DNA from: Dehalococcoidia bacterium
GTDB taxonomy: Bacteria; Chloroflexota; Dehalococcoidia; Lucifugimonadales; UBA1123
Reading direction: 5' to 3'
DNA: 64,000 nt
NCBI GenBank assembly: GCA_034428835.1
Contig: DAOUHG010000265.1
Location: 1,400-65,399 of the forward strand
The notes under the pieces are model-generated. The model did no database searches and was not told the DNA's origin. It was given only the letters and a program-made list of their open reading frames with translations. Shown in pieces: positions 9,565-18,326 of the stretch. Made by a program: the position numbers and the translations under genes. Each line of letters starts with the position of its first letter. Position 1 is the stretch's first letter.

Positions 9565-10799
9565 GACCGGTGAATCCTGACCTTGACTGTGTCCCCCGCG
9601 TAGATCCCACCGGAGTCTATCGGGACTCTGATGATTCCATCGGATCTAATCAGGGTATAGATCAGGTTCGACTTCCCGAATACGGGAGTCGCGTGACAGC
9701 AGCCCGCGTCCCATGAAAGCGCTACAGGTACGTAGTCTTCGCGGCCAGATTCGGATGGCACATCCTGCGTCAGGACTGCTGTTACCTCTGGGATTATCAG
9801 GGCGCCCGTCTCTCCAGATAGCACTCGAATCGCCGGGGCGACGAGGAGGTCGAAAACGATGAGGGCGGATACCGGGTTGCCTGGCAGGCCAAACAGAGGC
9901 TTTCCGTCTGCTGCTCCAACGACGGTCGGTTTCCCCGGCTTGATCGAGATTCCGTGCAGAAGCACGCCCGGCTTTCCAAGCTGATTGAAGACATCAGCGG
10001 TCATGTCTCTAGTGCTCAGAGAGCTGCCTGCAGAGAATACCAACACGTCCGACGACTCCAGACCGGCAAGCGCAGCTTCCAACTGCGGCATATATTCATC
10101 GCGGGCTATATCCATAGCAAGATAGTCTGCTCCGCACTGAACAGCACGTGCCGCGATTGTGTAGGTGTTGATATCCCGAATCTTTCCGCTGGCGGGCTGA
10201 GCTGCGGGATGGGTGAGCTCGTCACCGGTAGAGACTATCGCGACTATCGGTCTTCGATAGACTGGTATGCCGACGATGCCGAGGGCCAGAAGCCCTCCGA
10301 TGTCCTGGGGACGAATTCGATGTCCCGCTCGAAAGAGAAGTTCGCCGCTGTGAACATCCTCCGCCACGTGGATGACGTTCTCACCCGGCGCGACGGGTCT
10401 GAGTACTTCTATGGATACTTCGTCGGCGGGCTGGGTTCTCTCGATCATTACGACCGCGTCTGCCCCTTCGGCTAGCGTACCGCCGGTGTAGGCAACCGCC
10501 GCCTCTCCGACTCCGACGCCAGCGTTGGAGGACTTGCCTGCGGGAATGTCCGCTACAATCTCGAAGAGAGCGGGCAGGCTTTCGGACGCTCCAAAAGTAT
10601 CGCTTGCGCGCACCGAAAAGCCGTCCATGGATGACCTCGGGAACGCGGGCAGGTCCTCTGGCGAGTGAATGTCGTGCGCTATCACACGTCCCAGAGCGTG
10701 CTCAGTCTCTAGGGTCTCGATGTCCGAAACGGGAACAAGGTGGGGCAGCAGGTCATGGAACGCCTGCTCGGGAGACCGGACATTGAAGAAATCAGGCAC
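9561..10799 (-). CDS. moeA: Molybdopterin molybdenum/tungsten transferase MoeA
   Basis: 412 aa. Motifs RSSMDGFSV, STGDEL and GLPGNPVSALI. 4-nt overlap with the downstream moeA-PBP gene. Confidence 0.85.
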   Translation of the reverse strand: MPDFFNVRSPEQAFHDLLPHLVPVSDIETLETEHALGRVIAHDIHSPEDLPAFPRSSMDGFSVRASDTFGASESLPALFEIVADIPAGKSSNAGVGVGEAAVAYTGGTLAEGADAVVMIERTQPADEVSIEVLRPVAPGENVIHVAEDVHSGELLFRAGHRIRPQDIGGLLALGIVGIPVYRRPIVAIVSTGDELTHPAAQPASGKIRDINTYTIAARAVQCGADYLAMDIARDEYMPQLEAALAGLESSDVLVFSAGSSLSTRDMTADVFNQLGKPGVLLHGISIKPGKPTVVGAADGKPLFGLPGNPVSALIVFDLLVAPAIRVLSGETGALIIPEVTAVLTQDVPSESGREDYVPVALSWDAGCCHATPVFGKSNLIYTLIRSDGIIRVPIDSGGIYAGDTVKVRIHRS

Positions 10800-10966
10800 A
10801 GTTCGGCCTCACCAGGCCCGATTGTATTGCTTCCCTATACCTCAACAAGCTCTGCTGTCGAATTCGATTCGGGGATCCGGTCGCCATATTCTTTCAGCAA
10901 AGCCAAGTGGAGTTTGATTGCCTCTTTGCATATCGCGTCCTTAACCTTTGGAATGGCAGTAACCGC

Positions 10967-12592
10967 TTACAGGCCAAGAATCGCCCCTTCGTCGTCCACG
11001 TCGAGCTGACGAGGCGAGCCCGGGAGACCGGGCATCGTGACGATGTTGCCCGCGATTGGATAAATGAACCCTGCGCCGACAGAGGCACGAACGTCGGAAA
11101 TCTGGAACGTGTATCCAGACGGACGCCCCTTCAGCGTCGCCCGGTGCGAAATCGACAGGTGGGTCTTCGCCATGCACACTGGCAGGTTGCCCCATCCCCT
11201 TTCTTGGAACTGTCGGAGCTGTCGGCCTGCGGCCAACACGTACGACACCCTCTCGGCGTTGTAAACGCGCTTCGCAAGTGCGAGCACCTTGTCCCGGAGC
11301 GTTGCGTCAATCTCATACGCGTAGTCGATTTCCGGGTGGTCGTCAGCGCTTGTTGCTTCAATAACGGCATTGGCCAGGTCAATACCACCAGCACCGCCTT
11401 CAGCGAATACCTTGCTTTCCACAGCTGCAAAAGCTCCAGCCTCTTCTGCGCCGCGCTTCAAGATTGCTGTCTCTTCAGGGGCGTCAGTCGGGAAGTGGTT
11501 GAGCGCGACGACGACGGGCAGGTTGAAAGACCGAATCATTCCGATTAGGTGTGTCAGATTGGACATGCCTTTCTCAACGGCCTGGGTATTTGGGACTTCC
11601 AAATCCCGCACTCTAACACCGCCGTGGTACTTGACCGCTCGAACCGACGCTACTATTACCGCAGCGTGTGGTTCCAGACCGTTAAATCTTGCCTTTATGT
11701 GCATGAATTTCTCGAAGCCAAGGTCGGCTCCGAACCCGGCTTCGGACAGGACGTAGTCAGCGTAGCCGAGCGCGAGTCTGTCTCCGACCACGGACGAGCA
11801 GCCGTGTGCAATGTTTCCGAAGGGCCCGGCATGAACGATCACGGGCTGGCCCTCGGTCGTCTGAACGATGTTGGGCTGGATCGCGTATCTGAGCAATGAC
11901 ATCATCGAGCCGACGGCTTCGACGTCATTGGCAGTTACGGGATCTCCCTGGTTCGTGTATCCGACGACGACACGGCTGATTCGCGCTCGCAGATCAGCCA
12001 GGTCGCGTGACAGCGCCAGTATGGCCATAATCTCGGAGGCGGTCACTATGTCGAAGCCGCTCTCACGCACGGGCGCATTGTTCGGACCGCCAACGCCCGT
12101 CATGATTGACCGGAGCGCTCGGTCCTCTACGTCAGTCACGCGCCTCCAGCTGATCCCCTCCGGTCTGAAACCATCTATCCGCCCTCGCTGCGCGGCGTTG
12201 TCGGTCAACGCTGCCAGAAGGTTGTGCGCAGAACCGACGGCGTGGGCATCCCCGGTGAAGTGTATGTTGACCTCATCTTCGGGTTCGATGAGGCTCTTGC
12301 CGCCGCCCGTTCCGCCGCCCTTAATGCCAAAAATCGGGCCGAGCGAAGGTTCTCTGAGAGTTGCGACTACGTTCTTACCCAGGCGCCCCATGGCTTGAGT
12401 AAGTCCAACGGTCGTCGTAGTCTTTCCTTCCCCCGCAGGAGTGGGCGTAATGCCCGTTACGACGACCATTTTGCCCCGTCGCCCGTTGTCTCTTATGGCA
12501 TCCAGAGGTATCTTTGCCTTGTAATGCCCGTAGGAAATTATTGAGTCGCGGGCCAGTCCGAACTCCTCTGCGACGTCTACAATAGGGCGCAT
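10967..12592 (-). CDS. fhs: Formate--tetrahydrofolate ligase
   Basis: 541 aa. Motif TPAGEGKTTTTVGL and an FTHFS-like sequence along the whole length. ATG lies 7 nt after GGAGG. Confidence 0.9.
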   Translation of the reverse strand: MRPIVDVAEEFGLARDSIISYGHYKAKIPLDAIRDNGRRGKMVVVTGITPTPAGEGKTTTTVGLTQAMGRLGKNVVATLREPSLGPIFGIKGGGTGGGKSLIEPEDEVNIHFTGDAHAVGSAHNLLAALTDNAAQRGRIDGFRPEGISWRRVTDVEDRALRSIMTGVGGPNNAPVRESGFDIVTASEIMAILALSRDLADLRARISRVVVGYTNQGDPVTANDVEAVGSMMSLLRYAIQPNIVQTTEGQPVIVHAGPFGNIAHGCSSVVGDRLALGYADYVLSEAGFGADLGFEKFMHIKARFNGLEPHAAVIVASVRAVKYHGGVRVRDLEVPNTQAVEKGMSNLTHLIGMIRSFNLPVVVALNHFPTDAPEETAILKRGAEEAGAFAAVESKVFAEGGAGGIDLANAVIEATSADDHPEIDYAYEIDATLRDKVLALAKRVYNAERVSYVLAAGRQLRQFQERGWGNLPVCMAKTHLSISHRATLKGRPSGYTFQISDVRASVGAGFIYPIAGNIVTMPGLPGSPRQLDVDDEGAILGL

Positions 12593-12735
12593 AAAGTTGC
12601 CTCCGATGTAACCTGGTGCGGTGAAGCGAACGAGCAGTCAGCTTGCGAAAACGCTTGCTAGAACGTTTGTCGAATTGTAGCATACGAACCAGCCCAGTCA
12701 ACTTTCCGGGCGTATCCAACCAGTAGTTCAAGGGG

Positions 12736-13764
12736 GTGGATATGAGGGGTGTCGTATTCGTAGGCGACCGCAGGGTCGAACTGAGGGATCTGCCCGAGCC
12801 CGAGCCAGGGCCCGGCGAAGTCCTGCTGAAGATGATGGCTTCCGGACTATGCGGTAGTGATCTCAGTAGGTATCGAATGGCTGCCTCCGATTTGACGCCA
12901 CCCCTGCATGTTGCAGGGCATGAGCCGTGCGGAGTCGTCGCCGAAGTCGGCCCGGGAGTGAGCGAGGTCCAGGTCGGCGACAGGGTCATGATGCACCATT
13001 ATACGGGCTGTAACACCTGCTCAATGTGCCGCATCGGATATACCCAGATGTGCCTGGTCCACCACGAGGTGTACGGCTCGACAGCTGATGGCGGACATCA
13101 GGACTTCCTTCTGTGTCCGGCGTCAACCTGCGTAAAGATGCCCGATGACCTGCCTTTTGACCAGGGCGCGGCCGTCGCCTGCGGCACAGGCACCGCTTTC
13201 CATGCCATTAAGCGACTTGGACTCACGGGCGTTGATACCGTCGCTATCTTCGGACAGGGACCGGTCGGGGCCAGCGCCACCATGTTTGCCCGCTCAATGG
13301 GCGCGAGGGTAATTGCCGTGGACGTAATCCCTGAGCGACTTGAACTTGCGGCCGAACTAGGAGCTGATACCGTAATCGATGCCTCTCGGGATGATGCCGA
13401 GTCCGTCATACGGGGCCTGACGGGTGGTGAAGGCGCCGACGCGACGCTTGATGCGACCGGGATTCCTGAAGTTCGGATCAACGCGGTCGACTCTGCTCGT
13501 TACTGGGGCCGAGTGTGCTTTGTGGGCGAGGGCAACACGACGACTTTCGACATAAGCGCCCAGATTATCCACAAGCAACTGACGATTTACGGTTCGTGGA
13601 CATTCAGTCTGGCGGGCCTGGCAGAGGCCGCCGAATTCGTAGTTAACCGTTCAGTCCCGTTGGACAAGCTCATCACACACAGGTACGAACTGGATCAGGC
13701 AGACGAAGCCTACAAGCTGTTTGATACCGGCAGGACAGGGAAGCCTGTGTTTATCTGGGAGTAG
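12736..13764 (+). CDS. Zinc-dependent alcohol dehydrogenase (MDR family)
   Basis: Motifs GLCGSDL, GHEPCGVV and GQGPVG. The true start may be ATG 12742 after AAGGGGGTGG. Confidence 0.85.
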   Translation: MDMRGVVFVGDRRVELRDLPEPEPGPGEVLLKMMASGLCGSDLSRYRMAASDLTPPLHVAGHEPCGVVAEVGPGVSEVQVGDRVMMHHYTGCNTCSMCRIGYTQMCLVHHEVYGSTADGGHQDFLLCPASTCVKMPDDLPFDQGAAVACGTGTAFHAIKRLGLTGVDTVAIFGQGPVGASATMFARSMGARVIAVDVIPERLELAAELGADTVIDASRDDAESVIRGLTGGEGADATLDATGIPEVRINAVDSARYWGRVCFVGEGNTTTFDISAQIIHKQLTIYGSWTFSLAGLAEAAEFVVNRSVPLDKLITHRYELDQADEAYKLFDTGRTGKPVFIWE

Positions 13765-13826
13765 CGCACGTTTAGGTTACCAACGCGGTATAATGTCGTG
13801 GCCAACCCATGTGCAAGGAGGACAGC

Positions 13827-14621
13827 ATGAAGGAACGTGGCGACACTATCATCGGAGAGGCGGCGATCAAGTTCGGAATCGAGTACAGAGACCTTCTGAA
13901 CGATCAGGGAGTCTGCATCCATGTTCTGGGGGATGTCAGCGACGACGATGAGCACGAACTGCTGAGGTTCGACTGCTTCGATCACGAGCCTCACTATCAC
14001 TACGGCCCGCAGAAGCGCAACCAACGTCTGATGCTGGACAAGACCACCGCCGGCGACTCGCTGGACTGGACTCTCCAGCAGATTAGGGACAGGCTGCCCG
14101 ACATGATCGACAGGGCAGGGTACCCAGAGCTTGCTGAGGCTACGAAGGGAACCGACCTCAGCGCAGCTATTGCCGACCTGGAGGCCCAGTCCCGCGCACT
14201 CGCGGTTTCTGGGCGCCGGACAGTGATGCACGATCGCGGCGACGTGATCCTCGAAGCAGGTCCCGTACGCTTTGGCGTGGAATTCCGCGAACTAGCGAAT
14301 GACCGTGGCGTAGCGATCCACGTTCTTGGGGACGTCGCAGGCCAGGAGTATGAGCTTCTCACGTTCGACTGCTTCGAGCGGGCTCCGCACTACCACTATG
14401 GGCCAAGAGCCAAGAACCAGCGCCTGTATCTCGACACCACGACGGTACCAGACCCTCTCGGATGGGCACTTGACCTATTCAAGGGCGGGAAGCTCGGATC
14501 GATGCTCGACAGGGCCGGCTACACCGACCATGCGGCGCGGCTGAACCCGTCACTCGTCCATGGAGCGGTTGAAGAACTCGAGACAGTCTCCCGAGAGATG
14601 GAGACCGCCAACGCGAAGTAG
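13827..14621 (+). CDS. Hypothetical protein built from two tandem homologous ~100-aa modules
   Basis: ORF 13809..14621; ATG 13827 has AGGAGG 5 nt upstream. The two modules (nt 13833-14132 and 14232-14531) share RGD.I...F(G)(I/V)E(Y/F)R.L.ND.GV.IHVLGDV...ELL.FDCF...PHYHYGP...NQRL.LD.TT...MxDRAGY. A perfect TATAAT lies at 13789-13794. Confidence 0.7.
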   Translation: MKERGDTIIGEAAIKFGIEYRDLLNDQGVCIHVLGDVSDDDEHELLRFDCFDHEPHYHYGPQKRNQRLMLDKTTAGDSLDWTLQQIRDRLPDMIDRAGYPELAEATKGTDLSAAIADLEAQSRALAVSGRRTVMHDRGDVILEAGPVRFGVEFRELANDRGVAIHVLGDVAGQEYELLTFDCFERAPHYHYGPRAKNQRLYLDTTTVPDPLGWALDLFKGGKLGSMLDRAGYTDHAARLNPSLVHGAVEELETVSREMETANAK

Positions 14622-14654
14622 CGCCTGATTCCCAAGGCGGACTTCTCATGATAA

Positions 14655-14686
14655 GCGTGCTGCCGGTTGAACGACCGGCAGCACGC
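14655..14686. terminator. 13-bp GC-rich hairpin between convergent genes (possible bidirectional terminator; no U-run)
   Basis: GCGTGCTGCCGGT-tgaacg-ACCGGCAGCACGC. It ends 1 nt before the MFS stop codon. Confidence 0.45.
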
Positions 14687-14687
14687 G

Positions 14688-16136
14688 CTATCCCATAGTC
14701 ACAAACAGATTGACCTGGTAGCGTACCGCCTCGTGGCTACTGAAACTCCCTAAGGCGTTTCTGATCTGAGTCAGCAAGACTGCCGCTGCGACGGCCAGCA
14801 GTAGCCCACCCAAGATGCCGATTGCAATTGGGCCACCAAAGTAGTCCACAGCGAGCCCGGCAGGCAGCATCCCCAAGGGCATAAGTCCGAAGTTCATCAT
14901 GAAAACGCTCATGACCCGTCCCCGATACTGGTCTTCGACGACTTCCATAATCAGACCCATGTTGATCGTTCTGCGACCAGAGTCACCAAGACCTACCAGA
15001 AGCATGATGACCGCCGCCGCGTAGTAGAACGGGAAGGCAGCGATCAGGAGCAATGCGACTCCTGACGCGAAAGCACCCACGATCAGCAGCATTCCTCGAC
15101 GCCAGTTTCCGAGAGCCGCGATCGCAAGCGAGCCTACCAGCGACCCTCCTCCCATTATCGCTACCAGCAGTCCCATGGAGTCCGGCCCTCTGCCGTAGAT
15201 GTCTACGACAAACACGGGAAGCAGCATCCGGAAGGGCGAGGCGAGCAGGGTCGTAGCAAGCCCCATTACCAGCAGCACCAACACCATTTGGTTGCCCTTG
15301 ATGTATCTGAGTCCGGCGGCGATGTCGCTCAGCATGGCCCTCTTACGGGATGGCGCTGAGCCGTTTGTCGGTCTGATGAGCGTGGTCATGATCACCGCCA
15401 CTACACTGAGGGCTGTGATAACGAAGTACACGTTGGCAGGACCGGCAAGGGCATAGAGGCCGCCCGCCATTGCCGGCGCCAAAAGTGTCATGGCGCTCAT
15501 GCCAGCGGCGTTCATAGCCATGGCGTTGCCAATCTTATCGGGTCCGACCACTTGGGGAATAATCGCCTGACGAGCTGGCATCATGAACGACCAGATGGCC
15601 CCTTGGATCAGGGAGGCTGCCAAGAGGTGGTACCACCGGACCAATTCCGCAAAGACGGCGACTCCGACGGCGAGTGCCAGCAGGCCAACGGTAATCTGGC
15701 CGATCTGAATCAGTCGCTTGCGGTCAAACCTATCTGCGATGGCGCCGCCAAACAGTGCCAGCACGAGCATCGGGACTGCGGACCCGGCGCTAACTATTCC
15801 GAGGAGCGACGCCGACCCTGTGAGGTCGTAGACCAGATATCCTCGGGCCAGCATCTGCATCTGCATACCGCCCATCATCGCCATCATCCCGAGCCACAGC
15901 ACCAAGTAGTCGCGACTCTTCAGCGACGAGAAAGTGTGGCGCCATCCTCTCTGAGGCTGGACTTCGGTTCGAGGGGGAAGCTGAGGACGAGGGCGTTCAG
16001 CGAGAGGAAGCCGTTTATCGCGGACTTGTCCGTTGACGCTCGCTGAACTCTGAGAATGATGCGATTCTAGAGGCTCGCGCGCTGGCGATAAGGCACCCTC
16101 GTCTTCTGAGGGCTTGGGTGAATCGGCTTTCATCAA
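14688..16136 (-). CDS. MFS transporter with a Pro/Ser/Glu-rich N-terminal extension
   Basis: 482 aa with about 12 hydrophobic segments. Contains GGAIADRFDRKRL-type MFS loop motifs. Confidence 0.8.
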   Translation of the reverse strand: MMKADSPKPSEDEGALSPAREPLESHHSQSSASVNGQVRDKRLPLAERPRPQLPPRTEVQPQRGWRHTFSSLKSRDYLVLWLGMMAMMGGMQMQMLARGYLVYDLTGSASLLGIVSAGSAVPMLVLALFGGAIADRFDRKRLIQIGQITVGLLALAVGVAVFAELVRWYHLLAASLIQGAIWSFMMPARQAIIPQVVGPDKIGNAMAMNAAGMSAMTLLAPAMAGGLYALAGPANVYFVITALSVVAVIMTTLIRPTNGSAPSRKRAMLSDIAAGLRYIKGNQMVLVLLVMGLATTLLASPFRMLLPVFVVDIYGRGPDSMGLLVAIMGGGSLVGSLAIAALGNWRRGMLLIVGAFASGVALLLIAAFPFYYAAAVIMLLVGLGDSGRRTINMGLIMEVVEDQYRGRVMSVFMMNFGLMPLGMLPAGLAVDYFGGPIAIGILGGLLLAVAAAVLLTQIRNALGSFSSHEAVRYQVNLFVTMG

Positions 16137-16184
16137 TTAAGTCTACCGAGAACCCGTTTGGCGATTCAAGTTTGGGGGAGAAGT

Positions 16185-16253
16185 GGGCCCGGACTACGAG
16201 CCGCACTCGCCCGTGAAACACGGGAGGCACTCGCAGGTGTTCAATCCGGGCCC
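16185..16253. other. Nested inverted repeat in the divergent MFS/aroC intergenic region
   Basis: GGGCCCGGA (16185-16193) pairs with TCCGGGCCC (16245-16253). These enclose CCCGTG-aaa-CACGGG (16210-16224), which is flanked by direct GCACTCG repeats. Confidence 0.4.
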
Positions 16254-16380
16254 TTCTTGACTTCTACTGAAGTGAATCAGCACGCAGATGATAACATAAC
16301 CTCGTTCGCGGACCCCTAGACCCGGCTTCGCTAGAACAGGTCAAATTGCAACACACACTGAGATTGCTGGAGGCACCTTG

Positions 16381-17463
16381 ATGGCAAACTCCTTTGGACG
16401 CAGCTTTTGTATCACGACCTGGGGCGAGTCCCACGGACAGGCTGTGGGTGTGACAGTAGATGGGTGCCCGCCGCGCTTTCCAGTTGAAGAAGGCGACATC
16501 CAGAAGGAGCTCGATCGCAGGAGGCCGGGCCAGAGCGTGATCTCGACCCAACGTCGGGAAGGGGACCAGGCCGAAATAGTGTCGGGAGTCTTCGAAGGGA
16601 TGACACTGGGGACGCCAATCCAGATCATCGTCTGGAACCGTGACGCCAGGAGCCGAGACTATGAAGAGATGCGTCTAAAGTATCGTCCGTCTCACGCAGA
16701 CTACTCGTACCAGGCCAAGTATGGCATCAGGAACTGGATGGGAGGTGGAAGAGCGAGCGCAAGGGAGACAATCGGGCGTGTCGCGGGGGGAGCGATCGCC
16801 AGAAAATACTTGGCCCAGGAATTCGGGATTGAGATCGTAGCCTACGTGAAACGCGTCTGGCGCCTGGAGGCCGAAGTAGATCCGGACTACGTCACAGCGG
16901 AAGAGGTAGAGGCGAATATCGCCCGATGTCCAGACGGCGATATGGCTATCCGCATGATCGAGCGCATCCAGGAGGCCCGCAAGGACGGTGATTCGCTAGG
17001 CGGCGTGGTCGAGTGCGTCGCGCGGAATGTGCCCCCAGGGTTGGGTGAGCCTGTATTCGACAAGCTAGAGGCCGATCTTGCCAAATCCGTGCTTTCTCTA
17101 CCGGCATGTAAGGGCTTTGAGATTGGATCAGGGTTCGCCGGAACCTATCTCACTGGTTCGGAGCACAACGACCCTTTCTACAATGAGGCAGGCAGGATCC
17201 GCACACGCACCAACAATTCGGGTGGCATCCAGGGTGGCATATCCAACGGCGAAAACATCGTAATGCGAGCCGGCTTCAAGCCGACCGCGACGATCATGAG
17301 GGAGCAGGAAACCGTAGACGTCTATGGAAACGAGACGACGCTGATGGGTAGGGGACGGCACGACCCGTGTGTGCTCCCGCGTGCCGTCCCAATTGTTGAA
17401 TCTATGATGGCCCTAGTGCTAGCCGACCACACGCTCAGACATAGAGGTCAGGTAGGAAGCTAG
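16381..17463 (+). CDS. aroC: Chorismate synthase
   Basis: Motifs TTWGESHG and [13 protein letters not shown] 16381 lies 7 nt after GGAGG (the track starts at TTG 16378). Confidence 0.9.
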   Translation: MANSFGRSFCITTWGESHGQAVGVTVDGCPPRFPVEEGDIQKELDRRRPGQSVISTQRREGDQAEIVSGVFEGMTLGTPIQIIVWNRDARSRDYEEMRLKYRPSHADYSYQAKYGIRNWMGGGRASARETIGRVAGGAIARKYLAQEFGIEIVAYVKRVWRLEAEVDPDYVTAEEVEANIARCPDGDMAIRMIERIQEARKDGDSLGGVVECVARNVPPGLGEPVFDKLEADLAKSVLSLPACKGFEIGSGFAGTYLTGSEHNDPFYNEAGRIRTRTNNSGGIQGGISNGENIVMRAGFKPTATIMREQETVDVYGNETTLMGRGRHDPCVLPRAVPIVESMMALVLADHTLRHRGQVGS

Positions 17464-17467
17464 AAAG

Positions 17468-18259
17468 CTAGACCACCGGGGATGTCCCGCCGTCGATGTT
17501 GACGGCTATGCCAGTGAGATAGCTTGCGCGATCGGAAGCAAGGAAGGCGATCACATCGCCGGCCTCTTCGCCTTCGCCCACCCGGCCGATGGGAACACGG
17601 TCGCCCATGTCGGCGTAGAACTGGTCGAGCGTGAGGTCTGGATTGCTCTCCTGCATCGTCTTGAATCGAGTCTCGTGCTGGCCGCTCTTTATGAGGCCGA
17701 TGCAGACAGTGTTGACAAGTATGTTGTCCGCGGCGAACTCCTTTGACATGGCCTTTGTCAGCGCGATGCCGGCAGCTCTGCTCACCGAAGTAGGCACTGA
17801 AGCAGCACCGGGGGCCTTGGCGCCCAGATTGGTCACGTTGATGATGCGGCCGCCGCCCTGCTGACGCATGATCGGCACGGCGAGTCTGGAGGTCCTGATC
17901 GCGCCGTACAGCTTCAGGTCGAGGTCGTGTTGCCATCCCTCGTCAGTAACGCCGAGGAATGGCCCACCCGCTGAGGTGCCGGCGTTGTTGACCAAAATGT
18001 CGATCCGCCCGAACTCTTTCATGGTCTGATCTATCAATGCCTGAACTTGGTCCGGATCCATGACGTCGGTAGGAATGGCAAGAACCCCGTGCTCGGATAC
18101 CTCGCCGATCTCAGACGCGGCGGCCTCAAGCACATCGGCCCTGCGAGCGGCTATGACGACGTCAGCGCCTTCGGCACCCATGCTCGCGGCGGCTGCCTTA
18201 CCAATGCCTTCGCTTCCTCCTGTTACTATAGCTACCTTACCATGCAGTCCTAGATCCAT
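17468..18259 (-). CDS. Short-chain dehydrogenase/reductase family protein with an atypical catalytic region
   Basis: ATG 18259 with AAGGAG 7 nt upstream gives MDLGLHGKVAIVTGGSEGIGKA (Rossmann TGxxxGIG) and NNAG. The segment expected to hold YxxxK reads PTSVSRAAG. The long N-terminal extension of track ORF 17468..18595 is rejected. Confidence 0.75.
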   Translation of the reverse strand: MDLGLHGKVAIVTGGSEGIGKAAAASMGAEGADVVIAARRADVLEAAASEIGEVSEHGVLAIPTDVMDPDQVQALIDQTMKEFGRIDILVNNAGTSAGGPFLGVTDEGWQHDLDLKLYGAIRTSRLAVPIMRQQGGGRIINVTNLGAKAPGAASVPTSVSRAAGIALTKAMSKEFAADNILVNTVCIGLIKSGQHETRFKTMQESNPDLTLDQFYADMGDRVPIGRVGEGEEAGDVIAFLASDRASYLTGIAVNIDGGTSPVV

Positions 18260-18326
18260 CGGTTGACTCCTTAAGTGGTGATTGGTTGGAAGTCCTGCTT
18301 CTCGTGTAAGAAAGGCGCTACCGAGC

